A stretch of DNA of 64,000 nucleotides from Oscillospiraceae bacterium. Its GTDB lineage: Bacteria > Bacillota > Clostridia > Oscillospirales > Ruminococcaceae. The stretch is from contig JAQXHC010000007.1 in NCBI GenBank assembly GCA_029007035.1, positions 874 through 64,873 of the forward strand, written 5' to 3'. Both the position numbers and the translations under genes were made by a program. This document shows positions 30,061 to 38,790 of the stretch, piece by piece. Numbering within the stretch: position 1 is the stretch's first letter; each line of letters begins with the position of its first letter. The notes below the pieces were generated by a model, which was given only the letters and a program-made list of their open reading frames with translations, was not told the DNA's origin and did not search any database.

Positions 30061-30348
30061 ATGAATGAGAAAAACATTTATATACCTTCATTGATAATAT
30101 CAATCGCATCAATTCTGCTCGGATTCTTCGGCTTTTGTGCGGAGTCGGTTGTGACAGGCGTAATCGCACTTATCCTCGCTGCGAAGAAAAGTAAGACCCA
30201 CTTTACAAAGGCTTCAATTGTGATAGCTGTTGTTTCGATACTGATTTCGGCTATATTTCTTACATTTCTTATTGTCACAAGTGCAAATCAGAACGTGGCT
30301 TCAACAAACTATTGGCTGATTCAGCTTATTTTCGGTAAAATGGAATAA
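30061..30348 (+). CDS. small membrane protein of the ECF operon
   Basis: Hydrophobic ORF starting 2 nt after the anti-sigma stop. Confidence 0.7.
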   Translation: MNEKNIYIPSLIISIASILLGFFGFCAESVVTGVIALILAAKKSKTHFTKASIVIAVVSILISAIFLTFLIVTSANQNVASTNYWLIQLIFGKME

Positions 30349-30371
30349 AATCTGCAATAATGTTCATAATA
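30343..30371 (+). promoter_or_regulatory. candidate sigmaG-type (forespore) promoter
   Basis: GAATA-17 nt-CATAATA; the -35 part overlaps the upstream stop codon. Confidence 0.45.
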
Positions 30372-30427
30372 AGGTCGAGGGATTATGTCCCCGAATAAAA
30401 TCCTTATCAGGAGAAAGGTGGATTATT

Positions 30428-30586
30428 ATGAGCAATCAGAATAATCAGAACAATCAGAATAACCAGAATAACCAGAACAATCAGAATTCCCAGAATCAGA
30501 ACAACCAGAATTCTCAGAACCGCAGCAATCAGAATTCTCAGAACAAGAACAATCAGAACTTCCGGAATCAGCGCGACGAATTCTAA
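30428..30586 (+). CDS. 52-aa Asn/Gln-rich repeat peptide
   Basis: Not in ORF track. SD AAAGGTGG 6 nt before ATG; NNQ/NSQ repeats with synonymous AAT/AAC and AGC/TCC/TCT variation. Confidence 0.75.
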   Translation: MSNQNNQNNQNNQNNQNNQNSQNQNNQNSQNRSNQNSQNKNNQNFRNQRDEF

Positions 30587-30646
30587 CTGACCGGCGACGG
30601 AGCGGATATCTCCTCTCATCGGAACAGAGCGGGGATAAATGAAGTT

Positions 30647-30695
30647 AAAAGCAAAAGCAGAGATGATTTTTAAAGGTCATCTCTGCTTTGTTTTG
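30647..30695. terminator. bidirectional terminator between the N/Q peptide and GH9
   Basis: AAAGCAGAGATGA/TCATCTCTGCTTT stem flanked by A- and T-tracts. Confidence 0.75.
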
Positions 30696-30700
30696 GCATG

Positions 30701-33499
30701 TTATTTATTGTCGGAATCTTTATCCTTACCGGAGTCCTTTTTCGCTCCCGGATTGGCGGAAGTGTTTCCGTTTTTCAGCTTGATAAGCTTGAATACGAAT
30801 ACTTCAATTGAAACAAGCGCCGCAATAATTGCACCTGCAATCAATGCGATAACGCCAAGATTTGAGCCGCTGTCCTTATCCGAAGTCTTGTCGGAGGAAT
30901 CCTTATCGCTGTCCTTATCGTTCTTTACAGAGCTGTTATCCTTATCGGCAACGTCAATGTCATCGTCCTTGCTGTTGCCGGCTTTATCTTCATCGTAGGT
31001 CTGATTATCATTGGATTCTCCGTCGCCGCCGTTGTTTGAAGCGCCTGCGCCGTTACCGGTGCTGCCTGGCTCGATTCCGCCGTTTTCCTCGGCAGTGAAT
31101 CCGATAATCCATGCAAGAGCGGAGTTCCAGTTGATTGTACATTCATTTACCGACCATGCTTCGATATTGTCAAGATAACATTTCTGAGGAGCAATTTCTC
31201 CCTTTTTCCAGCCTGAACCCCGAACCCACGGATCCTGCATACCTGAGTTCGGACCGCCCGACATTACTCCGCATGGAGCTTTCGGGAATTCTGAGTCGAC
31301 CTGATTTGACCAGTAGCGGTGATGAGGATTTTCAAAGGCATGGGTACCATATCCTGTTACGTATGAGTAGTCTACAGCGTTTCTGCCGAGCAGATAGTCT
31401 ATGCCGCCGATAACACCGTCGAGATACTTTTCGTCATCAGAGAGCAGATATGCATAAGCCATAACGATTGAATTATCGGCAACAAATGAGTTTGACCCCC
31501 AGAGATAGCCCTTGTCGCTGTCGTTGTAGCTCAGGGTGCTCTGACCGTAGGGAAGTCCGTAGCCCTGCTTCTCTTCAAGAGATATATAATAATCGGAAGC
31601 CTTGCAGATATTAGAAACTGCATCCTCATAATCTTTGCTGTCAACAGCGTCCTTGTTGAGAGCTATGCTGAATGTACCGAGAGCAGCAGTATTTCCCCAG
31701 TCGAAGCTGCCTACAGTGTCAACACTTTCTCCTCCGCCGAGTGATGTCGGAAGCTTGAGGAAACAATCGGAGCTTTCAGCGTCGCTGTAATATTTTTTAT
31801 CACCTGTTGTAATGTAAAGTTCACAGGCTGCCCAATAGAATTCGTCCTCAACATCTTTATCGCCATACGCGCCGCCGCCTACGGATTCATCAAGCGGAGC
31901 ATACATATCAGGGTGGGACTTAGCCGCTTCGTAGCACTTTTCAGCCGCGGAGAGACATTCATCGGCGAAGCTGTCATCGATACCTTTCCAGAGCCGTGCC
32001 GACTGAGCTGCACAGGCTGCCAGATTGAGGGTTGCCGCAGTTGTCGGCGGCTTAATAACCCGCTGTAAATCGTCGTCAGCCGGAGCGACTGCAAGAGCTG
32101 TCCATTTGTAGTCGTGAACCTTGTGGTAGACCATTCCGTCATACTCTCCGCCGTTTACAATCATTTTGAGCATCCATTCCATTTCCCAGCGAGCTTCGTC
32201 AAGAAGGTCGGGATTGCCGTTGCTGTTTTCGGGGAGGAGCATCGTGCCGTCGGCATAAACGTCCTCGAAACCGTGTTTGAGTGCAGTTTCATACTGATTC
32301 TGCATCATCCAGAGTGAAAGACCGCCGTTGACCACATATTTTCCGTGGTCACCTGCGTCGTACCAGCCTCCTGTAACTTCAAGAGAACCGCTTGAACCGC
32401 TGTAGCCCCATGTCTGTTCAATTTCGGCATTGTCGGGATTATGACCTGCCGCACGGGCAAGAGCCTGAGTATCGCCCGAGGAAATATACTGGCTTTCTAT
32501 TTGAACAGCGCTTCTGTTCTGATAAAAATAATTCAGCGAATCATAGAGCATTGCAGAATATTCCGAAGTGCCGCCGATTTTGAATTCGCGGCTTTTTGCC
32601 CCGTTCTCAGCTTCAATGTAGTATGTTCCGTCGTCATCGAGTTCGGTGAAGTCAATTATATGTACCGTATCGTCTGAATCCTCGTCGTAACCGAAATATT
32701 CGCTCTTGCCGGAGTAAACAACATCCCCCGAGCTGTCCTTGACGTCGAATTTAACGCTTTCCTTTTCGGCACACAGGAGAGTGGCTTTCTTGGCACGGTC
32801 CGGGAAATATCCTACCTGATTTGTGAGAATATCGGCGCGCTGCCACTGTTCCGGCTGAACATAGTCGTTTTCATCGCTTGTAAGATCGATAAGTGACATA
32901 TTATCAAAGGTGATAACCGTTCCGGCAGGGAAGCAGCCTCCCTGAGTGTACTGACCGTCTCCGCCAAGGTGGAATGCCCATTCTGCGACCTCAAGTGACT
33001 GGCTGGCAGTAAAAGTCAGCTCGACTTTTTTTGTTTCGTTGGCATTAATGGGCATGGGGTCCCAGTTGTTTCCGAAATCTCCATCGTTTGTGGACATATT
33101 GTGCCATATTTCAACATCACCGTCAAGATTTCCGATTTTGGTGTAGAATTTACCGCTGTTGGAAGCTGTGATTTCGTATGAGACCTTGTACTGGTGTCCG
33201 CTTACGATTTTAAGTCCGCGATGACGGAACTGGCAGTCCCATCTGTCCTCGCCGCCGTTTGAGGCTCCGCCCGGATTGACAATAGTGATTTTATAAACTC
33301 CGTTACTGATATCAAAGTCCATTTCGCCTGTTTCGGATTCACATATATGCCATGGCAGTCCGACACCGTCGTCAAAGTCGGTCTGACCAAGCTGTTCGCC
33401 TGCGCTGGCGGTGAAAGAAAAGGTCATTGCAGAGGGAATGACCGTCCCCGAAACGAGCACGGCGGCTGCAATAGCCGATATAGCCCTGGATTTCTTCAT
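30701..33499 (-). CDS. cellulase: signal peptide-CBM4-Ig-like-GH9 with C-terminal TM anchor
   Basis: DFDDGVGLPW (CBM4-type), NQVGY (Ig-like), GGWYDAGDHGKY, YLLGRN, NPHHR, WSVNECTINWN; no dockerin. Confidence 0.92.
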   Translation of the reverse strand: MKKSRAISAIAAAVLVSGTVIPSAMTFSFTASAGEQLGQTDFDDGVGLPWHICESETGEMDFDISNGVYKITIVNPGGASNGGEDRWDCQFRHRGLKIVSGHQYKVSYEITASNSGKFYTKIGNLDGDVEIWHNMSTNDGDFGNNWDPMPINANETKKVELTFTASQSLEVAEWAFHLGGDGQYTQGGCFPAGTVITFDNMSLIDLTSDENDYVQPEQWQRADILTNQVGYFPDRAKKATLLCAEKESVKFDVKDSSGDVVYSGKSEYFGYDEDSDDTVHIIDFTELDDDGTYYIEAENGAKSREFKIGGTSEYSAMLYDSLNYFYQNRSAVQIESQYISSGDTQALARAAGHNPDNAEIEQTWGYSGSSGSLEVTGGWYDAGDHGKYVVNGGLSLWMMQNQYETALKHGFEDVYADGTMLLPENSNGNPDLLDEARWEMEWMLKMIVNGGEYDGMVYHKVHDYKWTALAVAPADDDLQRVIKPPTTAATLNLAACAAQSARLWKGIDDSFADECLSAAEKCYEAAKSHPDMYAPLDESVGGGAYGDKDVEDEFYWAACELYITTGDKKYYSDAESSDCFLKLPTSLGGGESVDTVGSFDWGNTAALGTFSIALNKDAVDSKDYEDAVSNICKASDYYISLEEKQGYGLPYGQSTLSYNDSDKGYLWGSNSFVADNSIVMAYAYLLSDDEKYLDGVIGGIDYLLGRNAVDYSYVTGYGTHAFENPHHRYWSNQVDSEFPKAPCGVMSGGPNSGMQDPWVRGSGWKKGEIAPQKCYLDNIEAWSVNECTINWNSALAWIIGFTAEENGGIEPGSTGNGAGASNNGGDGESNDNQTYDEDKAGNSKDDDIDVADKDNSSVKNDKDSDKDSSDKTSDKDSGSNLGVIALIAGAIIAALVSIEVFVFKLIKLKNGNTSANPGAKKDSGKDKDSDNK

Positions 33500-33629
33500 T
33501 TTAATTACCTCCAAAATTATTCCATATTATACTCTAATACTTTTGGGAGAAAAAGTAAAGGGAATTACAAAAAGTTTACAATTAAGTCGCACAAACTTAG
33601 GATTTACTTGCCCTTTTGTTCATTTTTAC

Positions 33630-33664
33630 AAAAAAATCTCCCGTACCTGCAAGATACGGGAGAT
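33630..33664 (-). terminator. intrinsic terminator of the Gld-like operon
   Basis: ATCTCCCGTA/TACGGGAGAT stem followed by T7 on the minus strand. Confidence 0.8.
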
Positions 33665-33675
33665 ATGATAGAGCG

Positions 33676-35064
33676 TCAGCCGACAATACCGATAAATTTA
33701 TCATAAAGAGCCGAAAGCGTATTCTTTCCAGTAATCGAGTCAAGCGATACAAAACCGCCTGTAAACTCGCCGTTCATGAATACAGCACAATCGGTATCGC
33801 TGTATGGTATAAGCTCATAGAGCATTGCAGAGCCGTCGGCAAGTCTGAAATCGCATGACAGAATCGGGTCGGTGTATTCAGGCTGAGCCGATACGTCAAC
33901 GGTTGAATAGGTTACGAATACGATGGAATTATACATCATCGAGAAAGAATCATAGGCATCTGAGCCGTATTCCTTCAGATCTGTGCCGTTCATTGATACA
34001 GATGAGGATTCATTGTCAACCGTAAACAGGTCTGAACGTCCGTTGTAGCTGATCTGAACGGTATCCACGTTCATCAGGTTCATATTATAAACCTCATCAA
34101 CGATGAAATCACGCGGAGTTTTCTTGATATAGTCATTGTCACCGGCATAGAATGTTGCAACCTGACCGGTTTCTTCAAAGAGAACATATACGTAGGTATC
34201 GGTATCATTGCCGTAGTAGGAGAACAGCCGTTTACTCGTTCTGCCGTCCTTGGCTGAAACGATAAGCTCGGCATATGGATTGTCGAAGCCGTATTTCGAT
34301 AGATCCTGAAGATTTTCATCGTAGAAAGACTGAACCTCTGTACGTGTAATCAGCGTGATCATAGCCGTAACGGCGGAGTCGTCAACGGTAAGAAGCGAAT
34401 AATCATCGGGCAGAGTCCATGTGTTCGAGTTGATGTCGAGATTCAGGTCAACAGCAGTTTCGCCGCCGCGGATAATCTTGACTGAGGAGACCTCATCATC
34501 ACCATAGACAACGAGATCCTTGCTTTTCATCATAGTCCTGCTTGTTTTCAGAACACTGCCGTAGAGTGAGTTGATAGCATAGATTTTTGACTTGTTACCG
34601 GTCATTACGTAGTAATACTCACCTGTCGGACTTGGGTCTCCGACGTATATAACATATTCGTTAGTACCGTCCGAGGCTGTTATCTTAATGGGATCATCAA
34701 GTCCGTACATACTTTTGTTTTCGTCGGTCGCTTCACCATAATCGGTTTCTGCGGTGAGGTCGCTGAGATATGTGCAGACATTCTGGAAATATTCCGAATC
34801 TGCTTTGAACTCCTCGACATTAACGAGATTCCAGACAATCTCAGTGGTTGACAGATCACGTTCGGCAGAATAGTCTCTGCCGTCCGCGCTGATTGTGACA
34901 TTGGTTATATTGTCCGAATTGAATCTGAAAAGCATATAATCCGCAGCGATTGCGGCTGCTTTTTCAGCTTCCTTGTCATGGCTCTTCTTAACAGCGAAAA
35001 ATGCTGTAAGAGAACCTGCTGACAGAATTAAAAGGACAATAATAGATATAATCATTTTTTTCAT
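33676..35064 (-). CDS. DUF4340 domain membrane-anchored protein
   Basis: N-terminal TM helix; repeated YGLDDP/YGFDNP motifs; start overlaps the gldG stop (TGATG). Confidence 0.8.
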   Translation of the reverse strand: MKKMIISIIVLLILSAGSLTAFFAVKKSHDKEAEKAAAIAADYMLFRFNSDNITNVTISADGRDYSAERDLSTTEIVWNLVNVEEFKADSEYFQNVCTYLSDLTAETDYGEATDENKSMYGLDDPIKITASDGTNEYVIYVGDPSPTGEYYYVMTGNKSKIYAINSLYGSVLKTSRTMMKSKDLVVYGDDEVSSVKIIRGGETAVDLNLDINSNTWTLPDDYSLLTVDDSAVTAMITLITRTEVQSFYDENLQDLSKYGFDNPYAELIVSAKDGRTSKRLFSYYGNDTDTYVYVLFEETGQVATFYAGDNDYIKKTPRDFIVDEVYNMNLMNVDTVQISYNGRSDLFTVDNESSSVSMNGTDLKEYGSDAYDSFSMMYNSIVFVTYSTVDVSAQPEYTDPILSCDFRLADGSAMLYELIPYSDTDCAVFMNGEFTGGFVSLDSITGKNTLSALYDKFIGIVG

Positions 35065-36569
35065 CAGGAGTGTCTCCTTTTCAGCCATACGAACAGACCG
35101 AATGCTGCGATTACGAAAGGAACGATTGTAAATATTCTCAGAGTCGAAGTAGCTTCTTCCGCATTTTTAAAAGTGAGGTAGTCGTAGGAGCTGTCTTTGT
35201 TTCCGATGTTCATGTTGACATCGGGATTGTACATCCATGTGACGGAATTCAGGAAAAGCTGCTGCGAAAGCGATACGGAATCTGAAATGTTTTCGCTGTT
35301 GATAATGTCGTCAGTACCGAATGCCACGAGCTTTGAGCCGTTTGTTTTGTTATAGGAGTAGAATGCCAGTTCAAGTTTTACAGTCTGACCGTTAAGCTTC
35401 TCGGCATCAGCGGCTGTTTCGTCGTTTCCGCCGAATGGAGCGCTGTTTGTTGTGTAGCCCTCATCACCGGGAGTAGCGGTGATAATACTTGATTTTTCGA
35501 TGCTTCCGCTGCCTGTGCTGTTGATCTGGTATAAGCTTCTGGTATTTGAGATACCTCCCTGAATACCGTTATTTACGAGTGAATTGATCTCAGATGTAAG
35601 ATCAACAACGAAATCATCGGTAGCGGGAGTATAGGTGACATTGAAATAATGAGCATCCTGCTCGTAGTCGCGGTTATTCATCATGCGCGATGCCGCGGTT
35701 TCGGTAACGATGTTGTAGTCGATACCAAGCTCGAATTTTTCAAGGACCTTCTCAATATTATCAAAGCGGCCCTCGGTTTCACACGGGGGAATGAGAAAAG
35801 CCATGTTTCCTCCGTTTCCTGCATAAGCGAGAAGCTTGTCGGCTTCGTCGGAGGATATGTCAGAGGTCGGACCGGAAAGGACAACGATCGCTGCATTTTC
35901 AGGCACTTTCTGCTCCGCCGAAAGATCAAGCGGGAGAACATCATAGTTATCTGTTTTGAGCTGTTTTGAAATAGTTGCGTAATTTCCGTCAATTTCCGGT
36001 TCACCGTGTCCGGTCATGAAATAGATCGTCGGCAGCGAACCTCCGGTCACGATCTTGATAGCGCCGGCAAGAAGCTCCTCTCCTGCATATGTTACCATAG
36101 CGTTGTCGGAAGAATCATTGACATATGTATAAGGGAAGATTCTGTCACGGGCGATATGCTTGATAAGACCGTTGCATCTGACAACTATATCACTGAACTG
36201 GAGATTGATATTTCCGGCAGGATTAAGAATGCTCTGAAGCTGTGGATTAGCGTCAAGATCCTCGCATTTCAGAGTGATATTATCGCGCTTGTCAAGCTCG
36301 GTGAGCTGATAGTAAAGCGGCAGATACTCCGGAGCGTCCCGGAGATAGTCAAGAGGGCAGAGAAAATAAATTTCAATCTGTTTATCCTTTGTCTCCTCGA
36401 GGAGCTGAAGTGTTGTGTCCGTGAAAGTATACTGAGACTTTTCGGTCATATCAAACTTCTTGTCGTTATAGCTGAAAATTATATTTATCGGCACGAGTAC
36501 AAGCAGCAGAAGGACCGCTATAATGAATGCAGCGATACCGCTGAAATTAAATTTCTTTTTATTATTCAT
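35064..36569 (-). CDS. GldG-like ABC auxiliary protein
   Basis: N- and C-terminal TM helices; FDMTEKSQYT, IYFMTGHGE, LSGPTSDIS, FLNSVTWM. Confidence 0.85.
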   Translation of the reverse strand: MNNKKKFNFSGIAAFIIAVLLLLVLVPINIIFSYNDKKFDMTEKSQYTFTDTTLQLLEETKDKQIEIYFLCPLDYLRDAPEYLPLYYQLTELDKRDNITLKCEDLDANPQLQSILNPAGNINLQFSDIVVRCNGLIKHIARDRIFPYTYVNDSSDNAMVTYAGEELLAGAIKIVTGGSLPTIYFMTGHGEPEIDGNYATISKQLKTDNYDVLPLDLSAEQKVPENAAIVVLSGPTSDISSDEADKLLAYAGNGGNMAFLIPPCETEGRFDNIEKVLEKFELGIDYNIVTETAASRMMNNRDYEQDAHYFNVTYTPATDDFVVDLTSEINSLVNNGIQGGISNTRSLYQINSTGSGSIEKSSIITATPGDEGYTTNSAPFGGNDETAADAEKLNGQTVKLELAFYSYNKTNGSKLVAFGTDDIINSENISDSVSLSQQLFLNSVTWMYNPDVNMNIGNKDSSYDYLTFKNAEEATSTLRIFTIVPFVIAAFGLFVWLKRRHS

Positions 36570-36575
36570 GACAGA

Positions 36576-37307
36576 TTACCCCCTGTTCCAGCGTCTCTTC
36601 TCAATTGAGACCACAGTCCAGCCGAGGAAGAGGATCACTGCCGAAATAAAGAATACGATATCCGAAAGGCGTATCAGACTCTGGGAGAAATATTCAAATT
36701 TCGGCTGAGCAGCAAAAGCATACAGTGTTTTCTGAAGCCACGGGATCTGCTCTGCGAATGCGGTTCTTGAAAAGTCATCGATGAACAGCATCGCCAGCAT
36801 CGAAACCTCGCCGAGAATTGCTGCAATAATCGAGTTTTCTGTAAAGCTTGACATCAGCATACCGACAGCGATGCACATTATTCCCCAGCAGAAGAATCCG
36901 AGATAAGCGCAGAAAAGCTGGGATTTAACGAGATTTCCGTTAATTGCTGTGACAATCGGGAAGATTGACGAGCAGACGAGCATGAACGCGAAAACCGTAA
37001 CATTTGCGAGAAATTTACCGATAACGATTTTAAATACATTATTGGGCGAGGTCATAAGCAGAACCTCTGTACCGAATTTCCTTTCGTCCGAAAATGTTCT
37101 CATGGTTAGAATCGGAATCAGGAAAATGAAGAACAGAGTTACGTTGTAAAAAACCGATGAGAACGAAAAATAGTATGTACTGGAGTCAATATTGGCTATG
37201 CCGGTATTGAACATATACGTGAAGAGAAGCATGAACAGAGCTGAGATCGTATATGCAAACGGCGTATAGAAGAACGACTGAAGCTCCTTTTTATAGATTG
37301 AAAACAT
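36576..37307 (-). CDS. GldF-like ABC-2 permease
   Basis: IYKKELQSFF, PILTMRTFSDERKFGTEVLLMTSP, IVIGKF. Confidence 0.88.
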   Translation of the reverse strand: MFSIYKKELQSFFYTPFAYTISALFMLLFTYMFNTGIANIDSSTYYFSFSSVFYNVTLFFIFLIPILTMRTFSDERKFGTEVLLMTSPNNVFKIVIGKFLANVTVFAFMLVCSSIFPIVTAINGNLVKSQLFCAYLGFFCWGIMCIAVGMLMSSFTENSIIAAILGEVSMLAMLFIDDFSRTAFAEQIPWLQKTLYAFAAQPKFEYFSQSLIRLSDIVFFISAVILFLGWTVVSIEKRRWNRG

Positions 37308-38332
37308 TATTCCTCAGCCTCCTTTTCCTTGTCCTCAGTGGAATCGTCTCCGGCTTCAAGCTCGGCGAGCATATCTTTAAGCGTAGTTTTTTTGGTGGGC
37401 GTATTGACGATTTTAACGAAAACGTCCTCAAGATTAGGCTTTTCTGTGAAGATTTCAAGCAGTGGGATATTGTTCTCGATAAGTGCGGACATAACAGCAT
37501 TTCGGATTGTATCAATATCGCCGTTCGTCTGAATTCGCACAGTATAGGCGTTTGAACCCTCATCAACCGTCTCGATAATCGACTTTACACCCTTAACACT
37601 GCGGACGACGGACTGTGCTTTTTCGATGTCACCGCTGATTTTGGCGTTGATGATGAGCTTGTCCTTAAATGAGCTTTCAAGGTTAGCAATCGAGTCAATT
37701 GCCTTAATATCGCCTTTGTTGATGATTACAACTCTGTCGCAGACCGCACTGATTTCACTCAGAATATGTGAGCTGAAGATAACGGAATGATCCTTTTTAA
37801 GGTCGGTAATGATTTTGCGGACTTCGATAACCTGATTCGGGTCGAGTCCGACTGTCGGTTCGTCGAGGATAAGAAACTTCGGATTGCCGAGCAGAGCCTG
37901 AGCAAAGCCGACGCGCTGTTTATAGCCCTTGGAGAGATTCTTGATCAGTCTGTTTTCCATATCGGCGATTTTCAGCAGCTCCATAACGCGATTGATTTCG
38001 TCCTTTCGCTGTGAGCGTGGGATTTTTTTTAGTCCCGCACAAAAGCTGAGGTATTCGCGTACTTTCATATCCGGATAAACAGGCGGAATTTCGGGCAGGT
38101 AGCCGATATTCTTTTTAGCCTTTGCGGACTGTGAGGAAATATCGCAGCCGTTGATCGTTACTTTGCCGGATGTCATCGGAAGATAGCCGGCAATCATGTT
38201 CATTGTTGTGGACTTGCCGGCGCCGTTCGGACCGAGAAATCCAAGAATCTCATTGTCATTGATAGTGAAACTGATATGGTTTACAGCTCGGTTTTTGCCG
38301 TAAAACTTGGTAAGATTTTCAATAGTAATCAT
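37307..38332 (-). CDS. GldA-like ABC ATPase
   Basis: GPNGAGKST, GYLPE, LSKGYKQR, LDEPTVGLDP. Confidence 0.92.
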   Translation of the reverse strand: MITIENLTKFYGKNRAVNHISFTINDNEILGFLGPNGAGKSTTMNMIAGYLPMTSGKVTINGCDISSQSAKAKKNIGYLPEIPPVYPDMKVREYLSFCAGLKKIPRSQRKDEINRVMELLKIADMENRLIKNLSKGYKQRVGFAQALLGNPKFLILDEPTVGLDPNQVIEVRKIITDLKKDHSVIFSSHILSEISAVCDRVVIINKGDIKAIDSIANLESSFKDKLIINAKISGDIEKAQSVVRSVKGVKSIIETVDEGSNAYTVRIQTNGDIDTIRNAVMSALIENNIPLLEIFTEKPNLEDVFVKIVNTPTKKTTLKDMLAELEAGDDSTEDKEKEAEE

Positions 38333-38761
38333 GAGCTTCTCCTTTCAAATTAATTATATAACCCGGACGGAGTATATACTATTATAATGTATACAATTCC
38401 AAAATTACACCCGTACTTTTGGTCGTATACTCATACTATTTTATTATGACAGAAAAACATTAACAAAATATGAATAAATAATGTATAAATCGTTAAAGCT
38501 TGTACAGCTGAAATAAAAATAAAAGATGTCCATGCAATTACTCATAAATAATATCCTTTGTATGTGTAAAATTTGTGAAAGATTATTGTAAGAAGAATGA
38601 ATTTGACAATCATTAATAAATACAAATAATTAATTCATATAAAATACAACAGCTGTGTGAAAGTAAAAATATCTTGTGGACAAAATGAACAAAAAACAAA
38701 TCGTGTATGTGTGCATTGCACCAAAATCACTCTTTAATTAACTTCAAAACTGCCTAAACTG

Positions 38762-38790
38762 TTGACAATTCAGAAAAAGTGGACTATAAT
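38762..38790 (+). promoter_or_regulatory. consensus sigmaA promoter of the GH48 gene
   Basis: Perfect TTGACA-17 nt-TATAAT. Confidence 0.85.

Noticed and set aside
30431-30570. Tandem repeat as a possible CRISPR array or VNTR
   Set aside because: The units are 9-bp and in frame, with no unique spacers and no cas genes; the coding repeat explains it.
30407-30619. 70-aa very hydrophobic minus-strand ORF resembling a toxin or holin
   Set aside because: It is the antisense shadow of the N/Q repeat (reverse complements of AAT/AAC/CAG give Ile/Val/Leu). It has no SD, while the plus frame has an SD and synonymous variation.
38333-38760. AT-rich region as foreign DNA or a replication origin
   Set aside because: No iterons or DnaA-box cluster seen; consistent with a divergent promoter region.
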